From an uncultured Deferribacterales bacterium (GTDB lineage: Bacteria > Chrysiogenota > Deferribacteres > Deferribacterales > Calditerrivibrionaceae): a DNA stretch of 64,000 nucleotides. The notes beneath the pieces are model-generated. The model worked only from the letters and a program-made list of their open reading frames with translations, did not search any database and had not been told where the DNA came from. The stretch is from the NCBI GenBank assembly GCA_964519265.1, contig CAZFHX010000009.1:11450-75449 (forward strand), written 5' to 3'. Positions 43,785 to 53,307 of this stretch are shown here, one piece after another; the stretch's first letter is position 1, and every line of letters starts with the position of its first letter. Both the position numbers and the translations under genes were made by a program.

Positions 43785-44818
43785 AAAAAGTAAACGATAT
43801 ACTTAAAGAAAATCAGTTGCTAAAAAAAGAGCTCGAAGGGATCTTGGAAGTTATCGCTGAAAATGAGGTTAAATCCAAAGGGTTAAAAGTCGTTGAGTAC
43901 TCATTTCTGCTTGCAGAAAGTATCCACGATATAGATGAAAAGCCGATGAGTTATTTAGAGGAGATATTTGAGATAGACAAGGCAGTCCTTTTTATAAACT
44001 TTGAAGAATTAGCAATAGAGGTTGACAATAGTCTCAAACATATAATGAAAGCCAATAGTAAAACATTCAAATATTTTTTCATCGAAAAAAGGCCTTACCT
44101 AAGTTCTGGCACTGTAAATCTCATATCAGAATTCAATGTAATGGAGGATATCGGTTCATACCTGATTGCACCTATAATAATTAATGATAAGATCATAGGA
44201 AGCCTAAATCTATACAGTAAAAACCCTCTCAGATATACCAATGAGTATAATTCAGATTTCATAAAAGATCTCTGCTTTAAAATAGGGGTATCTCTCAAAA
44301 ATATTAATACTCGACAGATGCTTATAAATCAATCGATGGTGGATGAATCCTCCCACTGTTATAACAAAAAAGCGATGTATGTATTTCTAAATTCTTTTGT
44401 AAATAGATGCTATAGATACAATCAACCTTTCACTTTTATATTGATGGATATCGATGATTTCAAAAGGATCAACGATAGTAAGGGGCATCTTACCGGTGAT
44501 CTTATCTTATCAAAATTTGGTCAGAACCTACTCAAGAGCTTTAGAAAAAGCGATATCGTTGGTAGATTCGGTGGAGATGAGTTTTACATAATAACACCCG
44601 AACACAACAAAAGCAAAATAGAGCTTATGCTAAATAAGGCAGTGTCCATCTTAGACAATGTCTACAAAAGCACAGGACTAAGAAAAAAGGCATCTATATC
44701 TTTTGGCGTTTCAACCATTGAAACAATTGATAAAACAACTGAAAATCCCGAAGTAATATTCAAGTTGGCAGATACAGATATGTACAAAAAGAAAAAGGAG
44801 AAGCACAGTAAAAGATGA
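43781..44818 (+). CDS. GAF-GGDEF diguanylate cyclase
   Basis: 345 aa with a GTG start overlapping the polA stop. It has a GAF-like sensor, an active site GGDEF (GRFGGDEFYI) and an RxxD I-site (RKSD) 5 residues upstream. Confidence 0.88.
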   Translation: MKKVNDILKENQLLKKELEGILEVIAENEVKSKGLKVVEYSFLLAESIHDIDEKPMSYLEEIFEIDKAVLFINFEELAIEVDNSLKHIMKANSKTFKYFFIEKRPYLSSGTVNLISEFNVMEDIGSYLIAPIIINDKIIGSLNLYSKNPLRYTNEYNSDFIKDLCFKIGVSLKNINTRQMLINQSMVDESSHCYNKKAMYVFLNSFVNRCYRYNQPFTFILMDIDDFKRINDSKGHLTGDLILSKFGQNLLKSFRKSDIVGRFGGDEFYIITPEHNKSKIELMLNKAVSILDNVYKSTGLRKKASISFGVSTIETIDKTTENPEVIFKLADTDMYKKKKEKHSKR

Positions 44819-46074
44819 TATACACAGATATTAATGAAATACTCCCAAGGATTTTAAATCGCAATGAAGAATACGAAGAAAGGTACTTACAAACAGTTTT
44901 AGAAATAATAAATGATGTCAGAAAAAATGGCGACAATGCACTTAGAAACTATTCAAAACGCTTCGATAACAACCTCGATGAACAACTGGAAATAACAAAA
45001 AAAGAGCTGATCTCAGCTTACGATGCCACAGATGAACAACTGAAGTTGGATCTACAATTGGCTAAAAAAAATATCGAAGACTACCACAAAAATCAGATGG
45101 AAAAATCTTGGTTTGTCGAGAAAGATGGGATCATTTTAGGTCAAAAGATAACACCCCTTGAAAGAGTTGGTGTATATGTACCTGGTGGCAAAGCAAGTTA
45201 CCCATCTACCGTACTAATGAATGTAATTCCTGCAAAAGTTGCAGGTGTAAAAGAGGTAATACTTGTTACACCAGCAAAGGATGGAAGTATAAACAATATA
45301 GTTCTTGCAGCCTGCTATATTGCTGGTGTAGATAGAGTATTCAAAGTGGGTGGTGCCCAGGCGGTTGCAGCTTTAGCCTACGGTACGGAATCTATTCCTA
45401 AGGTGGATAAGATAGTTGGTCCGGGTAATATATATGTCGCTTTGGCCAAAAAGATCGTTTTCGGCAAGGTTGATATAGATATGATCGCTGGTCCCAGTGA
45501 GATCCTCATTATAGCAGATGAAACGGCAAATCCAGAATTCATAGCAGCAGATATGCTCTCCCAAGCAGAACACGACGAATTGGCATCATCTATCACCATT
45601 ACAAACAGCCTCAGTTTAGCCAAAGAGATAGAAAAATATTTAAACCTACATCTAAGCAATCTACCCAAAAAGGAGATCGCTGAAAAATCTCTCAAAAACT
45701 ACGGTGGCATCATAGTGGTGGAAGATCTAAATCACGCTGTGGAGTTATCAAACAGCATAGCTCCAGAACATTTAGAGCTATCCGTTCAAAACCCCTTTGA
45801 ACTTCTACCAAAAATCAAAAACGCAGGTGCTATCTTTATGGGGCATTATACCCCAGAATCGATGGGTGACTATTTCGCAGGTCCAAACCATACACTACCC
45901 ACAGGTGGTACCGCCAAATTTTCATCCCCCCTTGGCACATATGACTTTTTTAAAAGATCAAGTATCATATCCTACTCCAAAGAAAGCTTTTTAAAACAGA
46001 AAGATCATGTCTTTAGACTTGCACTCTCAGAAGATCTCGATGCCCATGCACTTTCTGTAAAGGTAAGGGGTTAA
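44815..46074 (+). CDS. hisD: histidinol dehydrogenase
   Basis: 419 aa with GGKASYPSTVLM, GPGNIYV, AGPSE, QAEHD and APEHLEL motifs. Confidence 0.95.
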   Translation: MIYTDINEILPRILNRNEEYEERYLQTVLEIINDVRKNGDNALRNYSKRFDNNLDEQLEITKKELISAYDATDEQLKLDLQLAKKNIEDYHKNQMEKSWFVEKDGIILGQKITPLERVGVYVPGGKASYPSTVLMNVIPAKVAGVKEVILVTPAKDGSINNIVLAACYIAGVDRVFKVGGAQAVAALAYGTESIPKVDKIVGPGNIYVALAKKIVFGKVDIDMIAGPSEILIIADETANPEFIAADMLSQAEHDELASSITITNSLSLAKEIEKYLNLHLSNLPKKEIAEKSLKNYGGIIVVEDLNHAVELSNSIAPEHLELSVQNPFELLPKIKNAGAIFMGHYTPESMGDYFAGPNHTLPTGGTAKFSSPLGTYDFFKRSSIISYSKESFLKQKDHVFRLALSEDLDAHALSVKVRG

Positions 46075-46077
46075 GAT

Positions 46078-46719
46078 ATGATCGTAGCCCCTTCAATCCT
46101 CAGCGCCGATTTTTCTAAATTGGGTCAAGAAATCATTGATATAGACAAAGCTGGTGCAGATTGGATCCATATAGATGTAATGGATGGAAACTTTGTCCCA
46201 AACATCACCATAGGCCCCATCGTGGTAGAATCTATCAGAAAATACACTGATAAGCCTTTTGATGTTCACCTTATGATAGTGAACCCTGAAAAATATGTAG
46301 ATCAATTTGCTGATGCCGGAGCAGATATAATCACTATCCATTATGAGGCGTCTATCCACCTTCACAGACTTATTCATCAGATAAAAGACAAAGGTAAAAA
46401 GGCTGGTGTATCGATAAACCCTTCCACCCCTGTATCATTCCTCGAAGAGATCCTTCCATACTTAGATCTCGTCCTAATAATGAACGTTAATCCCGGTTTT
46501 GGTGGTCAGAAATTCATAGAATCTTCACTCATGAAGGTGAAAAAACTAAAGCAGATGGTAGATGAATATGAATTGAATACCATTATCGAAGTGGATGGTG
46601 GTGTATCCGACAAAAACATCAAGCAGTTGAAAGATGCAGGGTGTAACGCTGTGGTAGCCGGCAACTATGTCTTTAAATCATCCGATTACAAAAAAGCAAT
46701 AACATCTCTAAAAATCTAA
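46078..46719 (+). CDS. rpe: ribulose-phosphate 3-epimerase
   Basis: 213 aa with PSILSADF, HIDVMDGNFVPN, NPGFGGQKF and VDGG motifs. Confidence 0.95.
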   Translation: MIVAPSILSADFSKLGQEIIDIDKAGADWIHIDVMDGNFVPNITIGPIVVESIRKYTDKPFDVHLMIVNPEKYVDQFADAGADIITIHYEASIHLHRLIHQIKDKGKKAGVSINPSTPVSFLEEILPYLDLVLIMNVNPGFGGQKFIESSLMKVKKLKQMVDEYELNTIIEVDGGVSDKNIKQLKDAGCNAVVAGNYVFKSSDYKKAITSLKI

Positions 46720-48042
46720 ATGAACAAAGATTTTATACAAAAATATAAAGCAATATTCGGCACCGAATCTGATGATTTTTTATCATCTCTGAAAAAAGAG
46801 AGAAAACGGTATTTTAGACTAAACACAGCAAGAGGGATAAACTATTTTGAAGAGCTAAGTGATTACAAAATCACCGAAACTGTTCTTCCAGCCATTTACC
46901 TTTATGAAGAACCAAACGATATAATCACAAATACAATCTCCTTTCTCACAGGTGGCATCTATATACAAAACCCCTCTTCGATAATCCCACCGATGATATT
47001 AAATGAACTCCTAAATGGCAAAGGTTTGGTTCTTGATGTATCAGCAGCCCCAGGTGGTAAGACCACAGCCCTAAGCGAATTTTCCAAGAGAAATCTCACT
47101 ATAATCGCCAACGAACCCTCTAATGCACGATTAAAATCGCTGAACTTTAATCTTGAAAAGTTTGGTGCTTGGAATGTAAACACCATTTCTTACGATGGCA
47201 GAATCCTTCACAAAAAATTACCACCATTGTTTGACGGAATACTCCTCGATGCTCCATGCAGCAATGAAAATAAGATAGGTTTCAACGAAGAGGTAAATAA
47301 AAGTTGGTCAAACGAACTTGTAATGAGAATGAAAAAACTTCAAAAAGAGATCCTATTATCGGTCATCCAACTTCTAAAACCTGGCGGAATATTAATATAT
47401 TCAACATGCACCTTCTCCATCGAAGAAAATGAAGAAAATATATTGGAAATACTAAGAGAAAACAACGATTTAGAGTTGATAAACATCAACAACGGTAAAT
47501 TCAACAATGGAATCTCCGGCAACTCTTTTTTAGATGAGTCTGTAATAAGAGTTTTCCCTCACAAAAGCGATTACGATGGATTTTTCATCGCTGGAATCAA
47601 GAAAAAAGGTGAACTGACACCTTATAAAGATAGACATTTCAATACCCACAACCTCTTCAAAGATTATTTTCCAAACGATATATTTAAAGGAGAATTTAAG
47701 TTAATAGAAGATATGATCTTTTATCAGTCAGATATCGATCTTATCAAACAGATAAAATTTGTAAAAACAGGTATAAAGGCTGGCAAAAAGATCAAAAATG
47801 ATGTAGAAATGTCATCTCAATTCCTCTGGGAATTTGGTGCCCATATCAATGAGAACAAAAAAATAGATATAAAAAAAGAAAATGCTATTGAATTTTTGTC
47901 AGGTTTTGATATAAGTTTAAAAGTTGATAAAAATAGAAATACTCTTTTTTTTAAAAATATACCAGTAGGTATTGTAAAGAATTTGGACGGAGTACTCAAG
48001 AATAAATTAGACAGATACTTTCTGTATGGAAGAGGAATGTAA
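46720..48042 (+). CDS. NOL1/NOP2/Sun-family RNA cytosine-C5 methyltransferase (RsmB/RsmF-like)
   Basis: 440 aa with LDVSAAPGGKT, DAPCS and STCT (catalytic Cys) motifs, plus a C-terminal PUA-like extension. Confidence 0.85.
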   Translation: MNKDFIQKYKAIFGTESDDFLSSLKKERKRYFRLNTARGINYFEELSDYKITETVLPAIYLYEEPNDIITNTISFLTGGIYIQNPSSIIPPMILNELLNGKGLVLDVSAAPGGKTTALSEFSKRNLTIIANEPSNARLKSLNFNLEKFGAWNVNTISYDGRILHKKLPPLFDGILLDAPCSNENKIGFNEEVNKSWSNELVMRMKKLQKEILLSVIQLLKPGGILIYSTCTFSIEENEENILEILRENNDLELININNGKFNNGISGNSFLDESVIRVFPHKSDYDGFFIAGIKKKGELTPYKDRHFNTHNLFKDYFPNDIFKGEFKLIEDMIFYQSDIDLIKQIKFVKTGIKAGKKIKNDVEMSSQFLWEFGAHINENKKIDIKKENAIEFLSGFDISLKVDKNRNTLFFKNIPVGIVKNLDGVLKNKLDRYFLYGRGM

Positions 48043-49328
48043 TGCCTGAAGCCCTCGTTGTTGAAGATAGCAAATTTTTCCAAAAGCTCGTAGAAAATGA
48101 ATTTAGAGAACTTGAATACAATGTAACTATAGCCTCCTCTTTTTCGGAAGCAAAAGAGATTCTAAAAAGCGGAAAAAGATTTCATATCGCCACTATCGAT
48201 ATCGAACTGCCTGATGGTTCGGGTTTCGATCTGTGCAGACAGATAAAGGATAATCCATCTTTAAATTATCTCCAACTTATCATAGTTACAAGCTCAAGTG
48301 ATGAAGAAAGCAGAAAGAAAGCCTTTGAATCTGGTGCAATAGCCTTTATAAATAAAGACGAGGTCACCAAAAGATTAAAAAGCTATGTAAAAAATCTAAA
48401 CTCCATCATTACAAACCTCACATATACCACCAACCCCATCGTTCTTCTTGAAGATAGCGATTTTCAAAGAAAATATATCAAAAGTATCCTCGAATTTGCC
48501 GGACTAAAAGTGTTGGATTTCAAAGACAACGAATCGCTGATAAGCTTCCTTGAAAACAATAGACCCACTATAGATTTGGCAATAATGGATTTCTTTTTAG
48601 AAAAGGATACTTCACTCAAATCTATCTCCTTTCTGAGACAAACGAAACTTTACGAACAGGTACCAGTGATTATGCTCACCGTTTCAAACGATCTCTCACA
48701 TAAATATGAGATCTTCATGATAGGAGCAAATGACTTTATATTAAAACCTTTCGATACCGGTGATTTCTATCTTCGAATCAGAAACCAACTCAAAACAAAA
48801 TACCTCATAGATATGCTCGACGCGAAAAATAAGCTTCTGACTATTACTTCTATCACAGATGAATTGACAAAACTTTACAATAGAAGATTTTTCTGGGAAA
48901 ACTTAGAAAAGGAGCACAAAAGACACAGCAGAACAAACTCCGAATATTCAATAATCATGCTCGACATAGATCATTTCAAAAAGATAAACGATAACTATGG
49001 ACACAGCACTGGCGATCTCGTACTGATCGATGTAGCTTTTACAGTAAAAAACTCTGTGAGAAATACTGATATAGTGGCAAGGTATGGTGGGGAAGAATTC
49101 ATCATTCTGCTCCCTGACACGAAAAAAGAAAACGCCATTATTGTAGCACAAAAAGTTTTAGAAGCGATAAGAGAGATACCTGTAAGTTTCCGTAAAGAAC
49201 CTATAACGGCAAGCTTAGGTATAGCCTCCTCGAGAGAGGCTGACAACCCAGAGAGAATAATAAGTTTGGCCGATGAAAGACTATACAAGGCAAAAAACAA
49301 TGGGAGAAACAGAGTAGAATATGATTAG
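48042..49328 (+). CDS. REC-REC-GGDEF response regulator diguanylate cyclase (PleD-like)
   Basis: 428 aa with two receiver domains (VVEDS...IDIELPDG; LLEDS...IMDFFL). The active site is GGEEF (ARYGGEEFII), with I-site RNTD. Confidence 0.9.
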   Translation: MPEALVVEDSKFFQKLVENEFRELEYNVTIASSFSEAKEILKSGKRFHIATIDIELPDGSGFDLCRQIKDNPSLNYLQLIIVTSSSDEESRKKAFESGAIAFINKDEVTKRLKSYVKNLNSIITNLTYTTNPIVLLEDSDFQRKYIKSILEFAGLKVLDFKDNESLISFLENNRPTIDLAIMDFFLEKDTSLKSISFLRQTKLYEQVPVIMLTVSNDLSHKYEIFMIGANDFILKPFDTGDFYLRIRNQLKTKYLIDMLDAKNKLLTITSITDELTKLYNRRFFWENLEKEHKRHSRTNSEYSIIMLDIDHFKKINDNYGHSTGDLVLIDVAFTVKNSVRNTDIVARYGGEEFIILLPDTKKENAIIVAQKVLEAIREIPVSFRKEPITASLGIASSREADNPERIISLADERLYKAKNNGRNRVEYD

Positions 49329-50748
49329 GGTTATTTTTCTAACGATACTATCTATTTTTATAATAGACAACAATATAACCTATGCTTCAACAAAAATATT
49401 CGCCGATGTTATGACAAAAGGTGTCGACAAACAGAGAGTTTTCCTCGTTGATAAAGGTCTAAAAAAAACCTTTCTCATCGAGGTTAAAAATGATCATCCC
49501 ACTCTGGTAAAAGAATTTGATAAAATTATAGTAGGTGAAGGTAACGGAGATAAACTTAGAGAAGGTGATAAAAAAACCCCCACAGGTGTTTATTATGTGG
49601 TAGGGTTTATACCTCCATCAAAATTAGATAAAATATATGGTACAGGGGCATTCCCCCTTAATTACCCCAACTTTGTGGATAAACTATACGGCAAAACTGG
49701 TCATGGGATTTGGATACATGGTAGGGACCCAAAAGAAAACAAGCAGGTATCACGAGGATGCGTAGTTCTAAAAAATGAGGATATAGATTACCTTAAAACT
49801 ATAAACTTCATAGGCACCCCAGTAGTTATTGCCGAAAAACTTCACTTTACTGATGAGATAAGCTACAATACTGAAAAATCTTACTGGCTAAACTTTTTAA
49901 ACGAATTCTATGAAAGCTGGAAAAACAACGATATAAATAGACTGAGTAAACTGATCCATGTTAGATTCAAAGATAGCAACCACAAAAGTTACGCAGAATA
50001 TATACAAAGAAAAAAGATGCTGATGGAAAAATTCCCCGAAAAAACCATAGTATTTGAAAATATCAAGATATTTAAGGAAAACGATTCCGAGGTAGTTTTC
50101 GACTTTGATCAATACTACTCTGCACCAAATATAACCACTTACGGAACAAAGAGATTGTATCTCATCAAAGAGGCAAACGATTTCAAAATCATAGCAGAAG
50201 AATATATAGCCAAACCTATCCCGGATAAATTTAAAAATTATGTGAAAACACAAACAGTAAAAGAAACTACCAAACCTGTTGAAGAGAAAAAAGAAGAGAT
50301 TAAAGAGATCAAAAAACCTGAACAGATAACCATATCAAAAGATAACGAAGCGACTAAACCATCAAAAGATAAAGTAGCAAAAGTTCCAGAACAAAAGATG
50401 GATATAAATAAAACTATCACTGAATTTGTAGAGCAGTGGAGAGTTAGTTGGGAATCAAAAGAGATCGACAGATATATGGAGTTTTACAGCAAGAACTTCA
50501 AATCTGGTGAATTAGATTACGAAGGCTGGAAGCAAGATAAAGGTGGTAAATTTGAGAGGATAAAGAGTATCTCAGTATCTGTATCCAATATAAAGATAAA
50601 GAAGATGAAAAATGGAAACTATGAAGTCACATTCACACAACATTACAAAACTGAAACGATGAACAACAAAGGAATCAAGACACTCATACTGACAATGGAA
50701 AACAATAAACTCAAGATCATAGGAGAATCCTGGAGACCGGCAAGATGA
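49321..50748 (+). CDS. secreted YkuD (L,D-transpeptidase-fold) protein with two NTF2/SnoaL-like domains (Csd6/Pgp2-like or YafK-like)
   Basis: 475 aa. Signal peptide, YkuD catalytic region GDKKTPTGVYY...GIWIHGR...SRGCVVL, a K/E-rich linker, and two NTF2-like modules (WLNFLNEFYESWKNND...; FVEQWRVSWESKEIDRYMEFYS...LKIIGESW). Confidence 0.8.
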   Translation: MIRVIFLTILSIFIIDNNITYASTKIFADVMTKGVDKQRVFLVDKGLKKTFLIEVKNDHPTLVKEFDKIIVGEGNGDKLREGDKKTPTGVYYVVGFIPPSKLDKIYGTGAFPLNYPNFVDKLYGKTGHGIWIHGRDPKENKQVSRGCVVLKNEDIDYLKTINFIGTPVVIAEKLHFTDEISYNTEKSYWLNFLNEFYESWKNNDINRLSKLIHVRFKDSNHKSYAEYIQRKKMLMEKFPEKTIVFENIKIFKENDSEVVFDFDQYYSAPNITTYGTKRLYLIKEANDFKIIAEEYIAKPIPDKFKNYVKTQTVKETTKPVEEKKEEIKEIKKPEQITISKDNEATKPSKDKVAKVPEQKMDINKTITEFVEQWRVSWESKEIDRYMEFYSKNFKSGELDYEGWKQDKGGKFERIKSISVSVSNIKIKKMKNGNYEVTFTQHYKTETMNNKGIKTLILTMENNKLKIIGESWRPAR

Positions 50749-52166
50749 TTATAAGAGCAATTATATTTGCTCTTTTAATACCCATAACCCTGCTTGCCCA
50801 AGATAGACCCTCATTGAAACATGAGGTCTATCTTCAGGGAACTGACTACGAATTACACATTTACAGAATTTATGGAAAAGAGCCTGGTAAAAAAGGCTTA
50901 ATAGTGGGAGGTATCCAGGGGGATGAACCTGGGGGGTATCTTTCTGCTGATCTATATGTTGATGCCTGGCTTGATAAAGGGGACCTCATAATCATACCCA
51001 GAGCAAATTTCAAATCTATCATACTTTTCAATCGTGGCGTCGATGGAGATATGAACAGAAGATTTATAGACAACAAAACAAAGCACGAGATGGATCAGGT
51101 AGTTGATATAATACAGAAACTGATGTCAGAAGTGGATTTTTTCCTTCATTTACACGATGGTTCGGGATTCTATTCTCCAAAATATGTCAATGCTCTCAGA
51201 AATCCCTTTAGATGGGGGCAATCTGTGATAGTAGATGCAGAAAAATACACTTGTAATGGTAAAGAACTAAATTTGGGTAAAATTGCAAGACAAGTGGTAA
51301 GTGAAACAAACAAAAAGATCAAAAATAAAGATTATCATTTTGAATACTTCAACACAGATACCGACAACCCCAATACCAAATACAAAGATATGAAGAAAAC
51401 TGCCACATACTACGCTCTCAAAAACTTCTGCATACCATCCTTCGGACTTGAAACATCAAAAAACCTCCCCGATGATAAGACGAAAATACTTCACAAGACC
51501 TATCTGATAAACGAATTTTTCAAAATCTTTGACATCAAACCTGAATTACCAGAAATAAACCTACCAAAACCTGAATTGAAGTATATCAAGATCACATTGG
51601 ACAATAAAACCATAGATGTTATGAATGGATCAGTTATCACCGCTGAAAAAGGAGCAACGCTAAAGATCAATGATATCGTATCCAATTACAGCAGAGGGCT
51701 TTCCTGCGATATTTTAAACTTCAATGGTTTAAACGATAAAGGTGTAGAATATACATTAAACAAAGATACTGAAATAAAATGTAGAAAAGATCATAGAGTC
51801 ATCGGTTCTATAAAAATATTAGTAAAAGATGAAAAATATACCCCTGAGGAGAGCAAATACTTTGAAATTTCCATTAACGGTAGAACCGAAAAAGTATACA
51901 ACAATCAAAAACTCACTGTAAAAATGGGAGATAAATTAGTTCTTTTGAATTTCAACGGTGAAGAGAATACTCCGGTAAATCTAAGAGGTTTCGTACCTCC
52001 CAACATTAAGATTAATGATGGTGATGACAGAAATATAACAATCATAGCAAGTAATAGATATTTTATGAAAAAATATGCTCTTGAAGATGGGAATTCTTAC
52101 GAAATCATAGCTGGTACACTGGACAATATTAAGGGTAAGATTTTATTGTCAATTGACAACCGATGA
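50745..52166 (+). CDS. M14-like (M99/Csd4/Pgp1-type) peptidoglycan carboxypeptidase candidate
   Basis: 473 aa. Signal peptide, then GLIVGGIQGDEPGG with Q-x-x-E in place of the usual H-x-x-E zinc motif (as in H. pylori Csd4). A candidate third ligand is FFLHLHDG, 77-79 aa later. Beta-rich C-terminal domains follow. Confidence 0.7.
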   Translation: MIIRAIIFALLIPITLLAQDRPSLKHEVYLQGTDYELHIYRIYGKEPGKKGLIVGGIQGDEPGGYLSADLYVDAWLDKGDLIIIPRANFKSIILFNRGVDGDMNRRFIDNKTKHEMDQVVDIIQKLMSEVDFFLHLHDGSGFYSPKYVNALRNPFRWGQSVIVDAEKYTCNGKELNLGKIARQVVSETNKKIKNKDYHFEYFNTDTDNPNTKYKDMKKTATYYALKNFCIPSFGLETSKNLPDDKTKILHKTYLINEFFKIFDIKPELPEINLPKPELKYIKITLDNKTIDVMNGSVITAEKGATLKINDIVSNYSRGLSCDILNFNGLNDKGVEYTLNKDTEIKCRKDHRVIGSIKILVKDEKYTPEESKYFEISINGRTEKVYNNQKLTVKMGDKLVLLNFNGEENTPVNLRGFVPPNIKINDGDDRNITIIASNRYFMKKYALEDGNSYEIIAGTLDNIKGKILLSIDNR

Positions 52167-52213
52167 AAGATAATTTATTATATTATTTTTACAACTAAAA
52201 CGATGGAGGATAT

Positions 52214-53272
52214 ATGTATAAGCGACTCTTAATTTTGGTAATTTTTCTATTCTCTTTGAATGTGGCTTGGGCTAAGGATCTCAATGTGGCTTTTGTATAT
52301 GTAGGTCCCGTTGGTGATGGTGGTTGGACCTATGCCCATGATTTAGGTAGGCAAGAATTGGCAAAACTTCCATTCGTAAAAAAGACTCAATACATCGAAT
52401 CTGTACCAGAAGGTGCTGATGCAACAAGAGTAATCACTAATTTAGCTCAAAAAGGGTACAACCTCATTTTTACCACAAGCTTTGGATATATGGATCCAAC
52501 CATAGAAGTGGCTAAGAAGTTTAAAGATGTTGTATTTATGCACTGTTCTGGATATAAAACAGCCGAAAATGTAGGAAACTACTTCGGTAGAATGTATCAG
52601 GCAAGATATCTATCAGGTATCATTGCAGGTTCTATGACAAAGAGCAACATTATCGGATATGTAGCCGCCCACCCTATTCCAGAAGTTATCAGAGGTATAA
52701 ATGCTTTTACTTTGGGAGTAAGGAGTGTAAACCCAAACGCTGTGGTGAAGGTTGTTTGGACGAATACCTGGTTTGATCCAGCCACTGAAAGAAATGCAGC
52801 AGAAAGCTTACTTGATGTAGGTGCAGATGTACTTACAATGCACCAGGACACTCCCGCAACACTTCAAGCTGCTGAAAAAAGAAGTAAATTCGTCATAGGA
52901 TACAATACCGATATGAGGAAATACGCACCAAACGGATTTTTAACAGCTCCAGTGTGGAATTGGGGTGTGTTGTATAAAGAGATTGCCACTCAGGTTAGCA
53001 AAGGTACATGGAAACCATCTGCAATCTGGTGGGGTATAGAAACAGGGATAGTAGATTTAGCACCTATTAGTGAAAAAGTACCAGCAAAAGTTGTAGAAAA
53101 AGTAAAAGCAGAAAAAGCAAACATTATAGCAGGTAAAAATAAAATATTCGTTGGACCGATAAAGGATAATCAAGGTAAACTTGTTGTACCTGCAGGAAAG
53201 GTAATGTCTGATCAAGAACTCTTAAGTTTCAATTTCTTCGTTGAAGGCGTTCAGGGAACAATTAAAAAATAG
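52214..53272 (+). CDS. BMP-family (PnrA-like) nucleoside ABC transporter substrate-binding protein
   Basis: 352 aa. Signal peptide, then VAFVYVGPVGDGGWTYAHD...GYVAAHPIPEV, typical of Bmp/Med proteins. Confidence 0.9.
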   Translation: MYKRLLILVIFLFSLNVAWAKDLNVAFVYVGPVGDGGWTYAHDLGRQELAKLPFVKKTQYIESVPEGADATRVITNLAQKGYNLIFTTSFGYMDPTIEVAKKFKDVVFMHCSGYKTAENVGNYFGRMYQARYLSGIIAGSMTKSNIIGYVAAHPIPEVIRGINAFTLGVRSVNPNAVVKVVWTNTWFDPATERNAAESLLDVGADVLTMHQDTPATLQAAEKRSKFVIGYNTDMRKYAPNGFLTAPVWNWGVLYKEIATQVSKGTWKPSAIWWGIETGIVDLAPISEKVPAKVVEKVKAEKANIIAGKNKIFVGPIKDNQGKLVVPAGKVMSDQELLSFNFFVEGVQGTIKK

Positions 53273-53276
53273 TAAA

Positions 53277-53294
53277 GGGTGGCATAAGCCACCC
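53277..53294 (+). terminator. intra-operon stem-loop after the binding-protein gene (attenuator or mRNA stabiliser)
   Basis: GGGTGGC-ATAA-GCCACCC, 5 nt after the stop. Only a weak T tract follows, so termination is probably partial. Confidence 0.5.
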
Positions 53295-53307
53295 CTCTTA
53301 TATTGAT

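Noticed and set aside
52167-52213. Purine riboswitch upstream of the BMP nucleoside transporter/xpt operon
   Set aside because: The gap is only 47 nt and AT-rich. It is too short for the ~70-nt three-way junction, and no conserved purine-riboswitch loops are visible.
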